This document shows positions 17,289 through 26,878 of a stretch of DNA of 64,000 nucleotides, one piece after another. Position 1 is the first letter of the stretch. Each line of letters begins with the position of its first letter. The notes under the pieces were generated by a model. It ran no database searches. It saw nothing but the letters and a program-made list of their open reading frames with translations, and was not told where the DNA came from. The DNA comes from Candidatus Moraniibacteriota bacterium (GTDB taxonomy: Bacteria > Patescibacteriota > Minisyncoccia > Moranbacterales > GCA-2747515): positions 513,734 to 577,733 of the forward strand of contig CP175956.1 of assembly GCA_046116545.1 (NCBI GenBank), read 5' to 3'. The position numbers were made by a program, and so were the translations under genes.

Positions 17289-18047
17289 ATGAATAGAAAA
17301 ATTGGATTTTCAACAGGTGTTATGTTTCATGTATATAATGCAATGTCAGCTAATATTATTAATATCAGTTCTGATATAGGTTGTGCAGCGTTGGAATTAA
17401 ATGTTCATACATTTCCAGAACATGTTAATTCACTACTAGGACTAAGTGATGATAATGTTATGTTTCGACAACAGTTATCTTGTGCGAATATGGATTCTTT
17501 GTCGTGTCATTTGCCATGCAATATTAATTATATATGCAAGGTACATGATGATGTAATTAGTGCAAAAAGGTCCTTGCAAAATATCGGTATATTCAGTGGT
17601 GTAACAAAACTTGTTAATTATGTTGTGGTACATCCAGATCTTGTTGTGGATTGGGACATTTTTGATGATTTTCCAATTGCTGTAGCAATTGAAAATATGG
17701 ATAATCGTAAAAATACTTTTCGTACACTTCAGGAGTTGCGAGATTTTTTTCAAAAATATCCACAATTCAGATTAGTATTTGATGTACAGCATTGGGTTGT
17801 TAATGATGGTGCTATAAGTGATATCCCAGCTATTATTGCTGAATTTGGTGACAGATTAGCAGGTATTCACCTTAGTGGCGTAGGATCTGATAAATATCAT
17901 GTTCCTGTATGTAGAACGAGACAGCGAGACCTTGTAGAATCACTACAAAACTTGCCAGCACATATCCCAATCATTCTGGAAGGTGTTTGTGAGGATGTTG
18001 ATGAGATGAAGCGTGAATTTGCTTATGTAACAAATATTTTAATATAA
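17289..18047 (+). CDS. Xylose-isomerase-like TIM-barrel protein (AP endonuclease family 2 / Nfo-like)
   Basis: 252 aa. ...HLPCNINY..., IAVAIENMDNRKNTFRTLQELRDFF (cf. Nfo LENTAG...), ...HLSG...DKYHVPV...IPIILEG. Local GC looks higher than neighbours. Confidence 0.4.
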   Translation: MNRKIGFSTGVMFHVYNAMSANIINISSDIGCAALELNVHTFPEHVNSLLGLSDDNVMFRQQLSCANMDSLSCHLPCNINYICKVHDDVISAKRSLQNIGIFSGVTKLVNYVVVHPDLVVDWDIFDDFPIAVAIENMDNRKNTFRTLQELRDFFQKYPQFRLVFDVQHWVVNDGAISDIPAIIAEFGDRLAGIHLSGVGSDKYHVPVCRTRQRDLVESLQNLPAHIPIILEGVCEDVDEMKREFAYVTNILI

Positions 18048-18060
18048 GGAGGAGATAAAA

Positions 18061-18363
18061 ATGAACGAGCATGAAAAAAGCATGGAAGGTCTAGTCATCA
18101 GAGATGACACAGAGACGAGACTTGAGGGATCTAAGGCTAAAATTAAAATATTACAGAATCATATGGCAGATCAGGATGAGCAATTACGTCAGTTTGTTGT
18201 TGCGGTGCGGCACATTCGTGTGGTTCTGGGAAGTTTGCCAAAAGATTGGCATGCAAAGGTGAGTGTGGGTTTTTCTCCAGTAAAGCAAGTTGAGGAAATA
18301 GAAGATATCCTTTCTGAATTGAAGGCTGACAGTTCTGATTGGATACCTCCCAATGAAGATTAA
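18061..18363 (+). CDS. Hypothetical protein
   Basis: 100-aa ORF with a strong SD (aaggaggag) 8 nt upstream. Coupled to the preceding gene. Confidence 0.4.
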   Translation: MNEHEKSMEGLVIRDDTETRLEGSKAKIKILQNHMADQDEQLRQFVVAVRHIRVVLGSLPKDWHAKVSVGFSPVKQVEEIEDILSELKADSSDWIPPNED

Positions 18364-18390
18364 TATTTATTTAAAAGAAGATAGTATAAT

Positions 18391-18424
18391 AAACCAACAA
18401 AGATAAATCTTTGTTGGTTTTTAT
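18391..18424. terminator. Bidirectional rho-independent terminator
   Basis: aaaccaacaaagataaatctttgttggttttt hairpin between convergent genes. Confidence 0.6.
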
Positions 18425-21384
18425 TTACATAAGTCAAATTTTTGTGAAGTGGGTGTTGTAAAAAGATAGGGCTTTTCACATGGTTGGGTTGGTAAATCTA
18501 TTTGTGTAGGCGTATAAGAATATGCCAAGACTTGATTTAATTTCAATGTTTCAGAGAAAGATTGGGCTATTAGAATAGTTTTATGCAAAAGAGAGTTTAT
18601 ATTTTGCAGAAGTGTTACAAACAAGTTTGAATTTGTCTGTACAATATCTCGTGAAGTATTGTTGGAAGAATTGTAAACAGCATTTATGGCGACTTTATTT
18701 TCCAAAATTTGTTGAGAAAACATTTTTTCATTTTTAATTGCTTGAGAAATAATTTGTTGAGTTTGATGTTGTTTTTCTAAATTAACTGGAATGGTCCATG
18801 TCCAGATACCATCAATTTTTTCAAATGATGAATTGTCTTGTATAGATATGTCTTTATGACCATATTTTTGTTTATCGGCAACGGATCCATTTGGACGACG
18901 AATTTCTATAACACCTGTTTTGTTAGGGAGACTGATAGCTGTATATTTTTTGGTTATTTTTTTAGTTTTTCCAGGCTTTAATATTAATTTGTCATAAATT
19001 GGATGATTCACTAAAGTTTTTTCTTTTACTCCTGTGGCGATGCTCCAATTTTGGAGATTAATTTTTTCTTTACTTTCATTTTTTATAATAATATATTCAA
19101 CACCACTATCTTTTCCGCTAGGATTTGGAACTATTTTTGTAATTTCAATTTTGTGTTTGGGGTATTTTTTGACGGTAACAGTGAATTTTTTTATTATTTC
19201 TTCACTTTTATCTTGAATTCGTAGGTTGCCATGATAAGTACCAGTTTTTGTGTATCTGTGTCGAGTTTTCCATAAATAACTTTTACGACCATCACCAAAG
19301 TCCCAACGAACTTTTAATTTCTCGCTATCTTTGTCAGTAGCTTTTGTTTTAAAATTAGCATAAACATTTTTATAAGAATTTTTATCTATATCAAATTTTG
19401 TAATGGTTGGAAGATTATTAAAAACATTCTTTTTGCTAGGTGTTAAATATTTGCTCCATCGCCAACTTTTTGAATCAGTATTGTAATTGTAAGAAATATC
19501 TTCTCGGGATGATTTATAAGATATTGAGCTTACTATTTTTTCGTTTGGTGCTGTGAGTGAGACGGTTTCATTGCTATTATTTAGTGCAAAAGAAAAATTT
19601 TTCCTGTAAATTGTGAAAAATGATTTTGGTTCAATGTACTGTTTAGTTGGAAATGTGTAGGTGCCAGTCTTGGAAGAATCTTTTAGCATCCAATTTTTAA
19701 GGTTAATTTTAATGTTGTTTGGATTATAAATTTCTATAAATTCATCAGTTTTTTCAACACCACTTGGATTTGGAAGTATCTCATTTAATAATAATTTAGG
19801 ATATTTTATAGTGCGTGGATCAATTGCATTTTTTGTACCAGGAGTTGGTTCTGCATTATACCAATATTCAGCATAATTTATAGACTTGCCTTTTTGAGAA
19901 TCATTGTATTTGATTTGTGAAGTAATGGAACAGTTAGGTGCAATGAGTGAAATATTATCTCCAGAATTATTTAGAGTGAACCTGAAATGGTCTTTTGTAA
20001 GTTTGATATAAAGTAAGGTTGTGTCTGGGTTTTTGTTTTCTAATGTTCCAGAAATTGTTGAGGAATCTGTTAATTTCCAACCATCTAAAGATACTTTGTC
20101 AGGATTGTAAAGTTCAATAAATTCTTCTGTTTCTGTGCAATGGGGAGTATCTTTTTTGCAAGGATTAGGATAAATTTCATTTATACGAACAGTACTAGAT
20201 AAATTTGTAGGCAAATAATCACCAGGAAAAGGACATTTGTTTATATGAAAATCAGCTTTATTGTTGTCAGTGTCAATATATTTACCATCTTTTTTATTTC
20301 GCTCAATACTTTCATTTTTGTTTGGACTTTGAGTTGATGTTTCTTCATATAAACAAGTATTTCCGAAGCCAACTTTATCAATGATATTGTCGTTATCATC
20401 GTATAAAATAATCGTTGAATCATTAGTTATGGTAGCACTTTGACTAGAGAATGTAATACTATTAGTCCAAGCAGGCTTAGGATTATCCTTATGTGTGATT
20501 ATGAGATATTTGTGAGCTTCGATCACGCCAGTAAAAGCGCGTGAAGATATAAGATTTTTATCTTTTTTTATTTTATCACACTTATTTTTATCTGTTGTTC
20601 TAGTTATATTTCTTTTCAAACTATAACCATTGAGAATGATATTTTTATCAGTTGTATTATATAATTCTATGTATTCCTCATGATGTTTTGAGTTGGAGGC
20701 GGAAGTATCCAATAATATTTCAGTAATGAGGATAGTTTTTTCTATAATTGGAATATCTTCTAGTGGAATCTCAGATTTATTTTTTGTAAGAGGTTTTGTG
20801 ATAGTTTGTATAGTTTCTTTACTTGTACTTGTAGGTTCAAAATTTATGTCTGTATCACTAGCATCTTGTTTCATTGGAGGAGTTTCAGTATATGCCTCGA
20901 TAGAGTGCTCTGTAGAGATATCTTTTTGTTTAGGCAGGCTTTCTTTTGAAATAGATTCATTTTCAATAGTCTTTTCTTTTTCTTGTGATGTAGTAGATTC
21001 ATTTTGAGATGTGGAAATAGAGTCACAATCCGATTCTACTGTCTTTGTTTCAGATTTATCAGCAGTAATTTTTGTGGATTTGGAGGGTTTTTCATCTTTT
21101 GTAATCGATTTTTTATCTGTATCTTTTTTTGTAGTGGACAGACATGTCTGTCCACTACAGTTATCAACATCTTCTATGTCAGAAGTAGTTATGTCAGATT
21201 TGGATTTCTCACTATTTTTGGTAGAAATAGGCTTTGCATCAGTGGAGTTAGTGGTAGTCTCATCAAGAGAAAAAACACTATGTGAAAACAAAGAAAAAAG
21301 ACAAAATAATAATAAAATACCTTTAAGAAGTGTAGGGGATAATATGGTAAAAACTTTTTTCATACAAAAATAAGTTAGCAACAA
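18421..21384 (-). CDS. Large secreted surface protein with four lamin-tail-domain (LTD) repeats, a PKD domain and a Ser/Thr-rich low-complexity linker
   Basis: 987 aa. Signal peptide, then a long S/T/K/D/E-rich region. Repeated ...NEI(L/Y)PNP...(E/D)(F/Y)IE(I/L)YN(P/T)... (LTD) occurs four times. WDFGDGRKS...GTYHGNLRIQD is PKD-like. Confidence 0.7.
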   Translation of the reverse strand: MLLTYFCMKKVFTILSPTLLKGILLLFCLFSLFSHSVFSLDETTTNSTDAKPISTKNSEKSKSDITTSDIEDVDNCSGQTCLSTTKKDTDKKSITKDEKPSKSTKITADKSETKTVESDCDSISTSQNESTTSQEKEKTIENESISKESLPKQKDISTEHSIEAYTETPPMKQDASDTDINFEPTSTSKETIQTITKPLTKNKSEIPLEDIPIIEKTILITEILLDTSASNSKHHEEYIELYNTTDKNIILNGYSLKRNITRTTDKNKCDKIKKDKNLISSRAFTGVIEAHKYLIITHKDNPKPAWTNSITFSSQSATITNDSTIILYDDNDNIIDKVGFGNTCLYEETSTQSPNKNESIERNKKDGKYIDTDNNKADFHINKCPFPGDYLPTNLSSTVRINEIYPNPCKKDTPHCTETEEFIELYNPDKVSLDGWKLTDSSTISGTLENKNPDTTLLYIKLTKDHFRFTLNNSGDNISLIAPNCSITSQIKYNDSQKGKSINYAEYWYNAEPTPGTKNAIDPRTIKYPKLLLNEILPNPSGVEKTDEFIEIYNPNNIKINLKNWMLKDSSKTGTYTFPTKQYIEPKSFFTIYRKNFSFALNNSNETVSLTAPNEKIVSSISYKSSREDISYNYNTDSKSWRWSKYLTPSKKNVFNNLPTITKFDIDKNSYKNVYANFKTKATDKDSEKLKVRWDFGDGRKSYLWKTRHRYTKTGTYHGNLRIQDKSEEIIKKFTVTVKKYPKHKIEITKIVPNPSGKDSGVEYIIIKNESKEKINLQNWSIATGVKEKTLVNHPIYDKLILKPGKTKKITKKYTAISLPNKTGVIEIRRPNGSVADKQKYGHKDISIQDNSSFEKIDGIWTWTIPVNLEKQHQTQQIISQAIKNEKMFSQQILENKVAINAVYNSSNNTSRDIVQTNSNLFVTLLQNINSLLHKTILIAQSFSETLKLNQVLAYSYTPTQIDLPTQPCEKPYLFTTPTSQKFDLCK

Positions 21385-21449
21385 TATTCCCCTAAATATT
21401 AGTTATAAGAATAGCAAATTGTTTTGTATATGGTCAAATTTAATAATAT

Positions 21450-21478
21450 AAAACCACCAATTTGAATTGGTGGTTTTT
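21450..21478. terminator. Rho-independent terminator hairpin
   Basis: aaaaccaccaatttgaattggtggttttt. Confidence 0.6.
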
Positions 21479-21483
21479 GAAAT

Positions 21484-22029
21484 TTAAGTGGATGTGGCGT
21501 GAGTAGGGGACTTCTTTTTAATCTGAGCCATTATATAGCTTTTTGTTTTATAAGGGTCTCCTACAGAGCGAAATATAAAGTTTGATTGTTCTGCTGCTGT
21601 TTGTACTGTTACATCGCCATAATTTAGGATTGTTTGAAAAAATCCCTTAACATCTGTTGAAACATCTTGGACATGATTGTATTTTAATTCACTCACTTGT
21701 CGTGAAAACAACCCTTTTTGTTCTACGTTTACTATTCTGTCTGTAGTTATTATCCAGATATCTAAATAATAATCAAACCATATTATAAATCCATAAATCC
21801 AAATAAGCAGTAGGAAAAATGTTTGCAAAAAGAAAAATAGTGTTTTGCCACCACCACCTGCAAAATCTTCGAATATATAGGGGTACATTATCGTGCTTAT
21901 TGCCATGAGTGTTAGGAGTCCAAATATTGGAATATATTGGACAAACATATTAAACCAATGTCTGTGTATTATGTGTAGAATTTTTTCATCAGAATGTTGA
22001 GCTGAAAAATAAAAATCAAGGGATTTCAT
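21484..22029 (-). CDS. Membrane protein with bacterial PH (bPH_2/YdbT-like) domain
   Basis: 181 aa. Two N-terminal TM helices, then ...TDRIVNVEQKGLFSRQVSELKYNHVQDV...GDVTVQTA..., typical of a bPH_2 domain. Confidence 0.5.
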   Translation of the reverse strand: MKSLDFYFSAQHSDEKILHIIHRHWFNMFVQYIPIFGLLTLMAISTIMYPYIFEDFAGGGGKTLFFFLQTFFLLLIWIYGFIIWFDYYLDIWIITTDRIVNVEQKGLFSRQVSELKYNHVQDVSTDVKGFFQTILNYGDVTVQTAAEQSNFIFRSVGDPYKTKSYIMAQIKKKSPTHATST

Positions 22030-22034
22030 AATAT

Positions 22035-22262
22035 TTAGTAGTAAAGATTATTATTATAAAACAAATCATTAAATGGAACATTTAAAAACAGAATTACATT
22101 TGCGAGAACTAATGTAATAGTGACAACTATATAAACTGTTATTAAGGGTGTTGTGAATTTAGGATTTATGGAATATTTTTGTAGTCTAGTTATTATGAAA
22201 AAGCTAGCAAAAACAACTGCTAAAATAAACATAAAATAAAGTATAGCAAAGAGTACTAGCAT
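22035..22262 (-). CDS. Small membrane protein (hypothetical)
   Basis: 75 aa with two hydrophobic helices. Overlaps the ruvB stop. Confidence 0.35.
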   Translation of the reverse strand: MLVLFAILYFMFILAVVFASFFIITRLQKYSINPKFTTPLITVYIVVTITLVLANVILFLNVPFNDLFYNNNLYY

Positions 22263-23290
22263 AATTTTTTATTTAATTTTTCATAAGCGTATTCTGTAAC
22301 TACTCTACCACGAGGTGATCTAGCCAGGAAGCCTTGCTGCATTAGATATGGTTCATAGACATCCTCAATAGTTTGAACTTCTTCAGATAGAGCATTTGCA
22401 ATAGTAGAAACTCCTACAGGACCACCATCAAATTTATCTATAATTAGATTTAAGAATTCTCTGTCAGTTGGCTCTAACCCATGTTCGTCAATATCTAACA
22501 TGTCTAGAGTTTTATTAGCAACTATTTTATCAATTGAATCAATATCATGAACGTCAGCCCAATCCCGAGATCTCTTTAGAAGTCTATTTGCAATTCTAGG
22601 TGTTTGTCTGGCTGACCTTGCAATACAAGCTGCTCCCTCGGCGTCTATCTCACATTCTAGTATGGAAGCACTTCTTTTAATAATACTTTCTATATCATCT
22701 TGATTATAAAATTCTAATCTGTGAGTCACTCCAAACCGGTCTCTAAGTGGACCAGTAAGGGAGCCCATGCGTGTTGTTGCACCAATAAGCGTAAACTTAG
22801 GTAAATCAATTTGAAGAGCCTGAGCACTCGGTCCCTTTCCAACAACGAGGTCTAATTTGTGATCCTCCATAGCAGGATAAAGTACTTCTTCAACAGATTT
22901 ATTTAGTCTATGAATTTCATCTATAAATAACACGTCGCCATCTTGCATATTTGTGAGAATTGATCCAAGATCACCAACTCGTTCAATTGCTGGGCCAGAT
23001 GTTGTTTTAATATTTACGTTCATTTCTCTGGCAATGATATTAGCGAGTGTGGTTTTACCAAGTCCTGGGGGGCCATATAATAAAACATGTTCAAGTGGTT
23101 CGCCTCGTTTTTTTGCAGCAGCTAAAAATATTTTTAATTGTTTTTTGATTTTCTCTTGTCCAACATAATCTTCTAATTGTTGAGGTCTTAGAGTGTAATT
23201 AATGCTAAATTCACTAGAAGTTGATTCATCATCTAAATCTATTTTGTCATTTTGTACTTCTGGATCCTGCTCGTGAGTTATTAGTGTCAT
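22256..23290 (-). CDS. ruvB: Holliday junction branch-migration ATPase RuvB
   Basis: 344 aa. [18 protein letters not shown] Walker A and winged-helix C-terminus. Confidence 0.95.
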   Translation of the reverse strand: MTLITHEQDPEVQNDKIDLDDESTSSEFSINYTLRPQQLEDYVGQEKIKKQLKIFLAAAKKRGEPLEHVLLYGPPGLGKTTLANIIAREMNVNIKTTSGPAIERVGDLGSILTNMQDGDVLFIDEIHRLNKSVEEVLYPAMEDHKLDLVVGKGPSAQALQIDLPKFTLIGATTRMGSLTGPLRDRFGVTHRLEFYNQDDIESIIKRSASILECEIDAEGAACIARSARQTPRIANRLLKRSRDWADVHDIDSIDKIVANKTLDMLDIDEHGLEPTDREFLNLIIDKFDGGPVGVSTIANALSEEVQTIEDVYEPYLMQQGFLARSPRGRVVTEYAYEKLNKKLC

Positions 23291-23663
23291 AATAGATTTT
23301 TTAGATTAATATGAAAGTTTTTTCTTTCCCTTGCGTAATATATTGTAGCACTACTTGACAAGATTTCAAAGGTGTGCTAAAGTAGTAAGTCGAGTAAGGA
23401 AGTCTTCAAAAAGCTTTATTTCGACACAATTTTATAGGTTGCTTTTAAAATTTGATATTTTTATGTCTGTAGGCATATTATGGGCTTTACTATCTTTTAA
23501 GCTCATACGGAAGTTATAATCCAGATCGGGTTCTTGTGGTTTCGGCTGCGGCTCTCCTCGATTTCTCTTCTCCCCGCATGAGTCATTGACCTTGCGGGTA
23601 TGCTGCCTACGGTTTTACCTAGGTTAGATGATTGTCTGCAGGCATAAAAATATCAAAACTAAT

Positions 23664-23699
23664 ATAAAAAACCTCTAGAGATAATTCTGGAGGTTTTTA
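23664..23699 (-). terminator. Rho-independent terminator of the PilB-like gene
   Basis: Stem cctccaga/tctggagg followed by a T-run on the minus strand. Confidence 0.65.
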
Positions 23700-23711
23700 T
23701 TTTTGTGGCCA

Positions 23712-26700
23712 TTATAGCGTCGTAACTCGCTTTACTTCTTCTAGTGTTGTTATGCCTTCGAGTGCTTTGAGAATTGCATCTTGTTCCATTGTGAGCATTC
23801 CATTTTCGACGGCTTTTTTCTTGATGTCTGGTGCTAATGATCCGTGAGCTATCATTTCTCGTAAATCATCATCCATTATAAATATTTCACTAATAACTGT
23901 TCTTCCTTTATAGCCAATTCCATTGCACTCCTCACATTTTCCAGGAGTATATAATTTGTCTTGTTGTGGTTGTTCTATTGTTACTTTTGGAGAAATACTT
24001 TCTAAAACGTTTGTAATTATTGATTTGTCAGTTTCAGATATAGGGGTTTCTATTTTACAACTACATAGTACACGGACAAGTCGTTGCGCGATAAACGCAT
24101 TTGTTGCGGTTGTGAGATCATCAGTGCTAACGCCTAGATTTATAAGTCTTTGAATTGCGCCGACAGCATCATTTGTATGTAGTGAAGATATAAGTAGATG
24201 TCCTGTAAGAGCCGCATTAATAGCAGTTGTGGCAGTTTCATCATCACGAATCTCACCAACTAACAAGATGTCAGGATCTTGACGTAATAGAGCTCGGAGA
24301 GCATTGCCAAATGTATAACCAGCTTCTTTGTCTATCTGCGTTTGCAATATGCCATCCAGTTGATATTCAATTGGATTTTCAATTGTAATAATTTTTATAT
24401 CGGGACTACTTATTTCACTTAGCACACTATAAAGAGTAGTTGTTTTACCAGAGCCAGTTGGTCCAGTATTCAACACTACACCATAAGGTTTTGTGACTTG
24501 AGACATTATTCTGTCTAGATTATATTTACGAATTCCTATTGAATGAATATCAAGATTAACGTTATCTCTATTTAACAGTCTAAGTACAATTGTTTCACCA
24601 TAACCTCCAACAATAATTGAAACACGAACATCAACATTTAATTCTGTTTCATCTTCTTTTTCATAATTAATACGAAAACGACTGTCAGAGACACCTTGAC
24701 GTATTGTTGTTGGGATATCACTTATGATTTTTACTTTACTTAATAACAGTGGGTAGCTCATAAGAGGTATTTTGGTGATTGATTGAAGTACTCCATCAAC
24801 ACGCATTCTGATATCAACATATTCTTCTTGAGGTTCTATGTGAATATCACTAGATTTAAGAATTGCTCCATAAGACAGTATTGTAGGAAGCATATCTTTG
24901 TCCTCAGTATCATTGATTGTTTTATTCATCTCATCAAAGTTGCCAGCATTTTCTTCAGCTAGTTTTTGTAGGGAGTATTTAACGAAAATACCACGAGATA
25001 GTGACTGAGACATTAGGTCATCATATAATGATTCGATTAATTCACCTTCGGTTGTAACTCGCATAACCTCTTCAATCGTAGTAACTCCTTCAAGTGCTTT
25101 TAGAACACCATCTTGCGTCATTGTTACGAAGCCTTCTTCGATAGCTTCTTTCATCATGTCGGTTTCACTGGCTAAGTCTAAAATAAGTTGTTCAATTTTA
25201 TTAGACATTGTTAGTATTTCAAAAATACCTATACGTCCTTTATATCCAGTTCCATGACATTTATCACAGCCAATAGCACGATAAATCTCCTTTATTTCTT
25301 TTGGAACAGTTAGCTTTGCCTTTGGAGAAATTAGTGAAATCATTTTCATGAAAGTGTTTTTTGTTTCTTGGGCTGGCTCATAAGATTCTTTGCAGTGTTC
25401 ACATAGAGTTCGTACAAGTCGTTGGGCCATGAAAATATTTGTTGCAGAAGGAATGAGCGTAGGCTTAACACCTAACTCCATCAATCTAGGGACAGTTGCA
25501 ATGGCATTATTTGTATGAAGTGTTGAAAGTACAAGATGTCCAGTTAGGGCAGCATTGATAGCCACATCAGCAGTTTCATCATCACGAATCTCACCAACTA
25601 ATACAACATCCGGATCTTGACGCACAACAGCGCGTAATCCCTTGGAAAATGTATAACCACGATCCTTTGCTACTTGAGTCTGTGATATTCCATCTAGTTG
25701 ATATTCAATAGGGTCTTCAATTGTAATAATTTTTGTTTCTGGAGTTTTAATATGATTTATTAGTGTGTATAGGGTTGTTGTCTTACCAGAACCAGTTGGT
25801 CCAGTTGTGAGTAGCATTCCAGCATTCTTAGCAATATTTTTTTGAATATCTTCAAATGCTTTCCCCTTTAATCCGAGGCTATTAATATCAACGGTAACAC
25901 TATCACTTCGCAAAAGTCGCATCACGAGACCTTCAAATTGTTTCCCAGGAATGGTAGATACACGAACATCAACACGTGTTTCAGGATTTAGCATAAATTC
26001 AAAATGTCCATCTTGTGCAAGATCACGTACATTTATTTTCATTTTACTCATTAACTTGATACGGTTGATGAGTAATTGATAGACATGTTCAGGTATCTCA
26101 ACAATTTTTTGTAAGACACCGTCGATACGATAACGTATGCGAACTGTTTCTCTCTGAGGCTCTATGTGAACATCACTAGCTCCAAGCTTTAATGCACCAG
26201 AAAATAGAATATTTAAAATTTCAGTAGTTGGTAAGGCATCAGCATTATCTTTTAGTTTTAATAATTTTCCAAGACTATCTTCAAAGGCTTCTAAATCCTC
26301 TCCTTCAAGAGTTAGTCGCATGGTATCAATGGAGTCTATAAAATACGCAGTTTTATATTGTCGCAATAATTTATCTTTAGAGGCTTCTGATATTACAAAT
26401 AATTCAGTTTGCCAGCCCTGCCGTGTTTCAAAGTCAGTTATAAAATCTTGCAATGTAGTGCTTTCAGGTGTAGAAGTTGCTAATTTTAACATTTTTCCAA
26501 TACGATGAAATACAAAAATATTATATTTTTTTGCATCATCTTCTGAAATTATAGACACATCTTCGTTGGCAACAGGTATAATATTTAAATCAATATAAGG
26601 AAGCTCAGCTTTTTTTGCTTTTCGTACAGCAAAATCTTCTTCACCTTTAGATTTGAGTTGTTTTAGTGTGCGATCAGTTTCTTTTGCATGCAAAGCATCA

Positions 26701-26735
26701 GTATTTCCTTTGTGTTGTTTTATTTTTATAACCAT
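23712..26735 (-). CDS. Tandem-duplicated type II secretion / type IV pilus assembly ATPase (two complete GspE/PilB modules in one polypeptide)
   Basis: 1007 aa. Two Walker A boxes (TTGPTGSGKTTTLYTL and NTGPTGSGKTTTLYSV). Two Walker B/Asp boxes (VLVGEIRDDETA and LLVGEIRDDETA). Two His boxes (LSTLHTN and ISSLHTN). Two tetracysteine clusters (CEHC...CDKC and CSCK...CEEC). Each module is preceded by a GspE N2-like domain. Confidence 0.8.
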   Translation of the reverse strand: MVIKIKQHKGNTDALHAKETDRTLKQLKSKGEEDFAVRKAKKAELPYIDLNIIPVANEDVSIISEDDAKKYNIFVFHRIGKMLKLATSTPESTTLQDFITDFETRQGWQTELFVISEASKDKLLRQYKTAYFIDSIDTMRLTLEGEDLEAFEDSLGKLLKLKDNADALPTTEILNILFSGALKLGASDVHIEPQRETVRIRYRIDGVLQKIVEIPEHVYQLLINRIKLMSKMKINVRDLAQDGHFEFMLNPETRVDVRVSTIPGKQFEGLVMRLLRSDSVTVDINSLGLKGKAFEDIQKNIAKNAGMLLTTGPTGSGKTTTLYTLINHIKTPETKIITIEDPIEYQLDGISQTQVAKDRGYTFSKGLRAVVRQDPDVVLVGEIRDDETADVAINAALTGHLVLSTLHTNNAIATVPRLMELGVKPTLIPSATNIFMAQRLVRTLCEHCKESYEPAQETKNTFMKMISLISPKAKLTVPKEIKEIYRAIGCDKCHGTGYKGRIGIFEILTMSNKIEQLILDLASETDMMKEAIEEGFVTMTQDGVLKALEGVTTIEEVMRVTTEGELIESLYDDLMSQSLSRGIFVKYSLQKLAEENAGNFDEMNKTINDTEDKDMLPTILSYGAILKSSDIHIEPQEEYVDIRMRVDGVLQSITKIPLMSYPLLLSKVKIISDIPTTIRQGVSDSRFRINYEKEDETELNVDVRVSIIVGGYGETIVLRLLNRDNVNLDIHSIGIRKYNLDRIMSQVTKPYGVVLNTGPTGSGKTTTLYSVLSEISSPDIKIITIENPIEYQLDGILQTQIDKEAGYTFGNALRALLRQDPDILLVGEIRDDETATTAINAALTGHLLISSLHTNDAVGAIQRLINLGVSTDDLTTATNAFIAQRLVRVLCSCKIETPISETDKSIITNVLESISPKVTIEQPQQDKLYTPGKCEECNGIGYKGRTVISEIFIMDDDLREMIAHGSLAPDIKKKAVENGMLTMEQDAILKALEGITTLEEVKRVTTL

Positions 26736-26825
26736 ATTTTTTGATTGTCTATTTATATCTTTAAAAAGTTATAAATAGCTTATTTATTTTATTTTAGTAT
26801 ATCATTTTATCTGTGTATTTGAAAG

Positions 26826-26857
26826 AAAAACTCATCTTTTTAGGATGAGTTTTTTTG
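26826..26857. terminator. Rho-independent terminator hairpin
   Basis: aaaaactcatctttttaggatgagttttttt. Confidence 0.6.
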
Positions 26858-26878
26858 ATTTATATATATTTGTAAAAG

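Noticed and set aside
20241-21373. Five short ORFs within or antisense to the LTD surface-protein gene
   Set aside because: Generated by the repetitive S/T-rich linker of the large gene; no independent signals.
23380-23660. Tried to read the GC-rich region as tmRNA, SRP RNA or RNase P RNA
   Set aside because: No tRNA-like 3' end (GGTTCGA-type T-loop + CCA), no GGAA/AGCAG domain-IV signature, and no P4 partner sequence. Left as an unassigned candidate (see findings).
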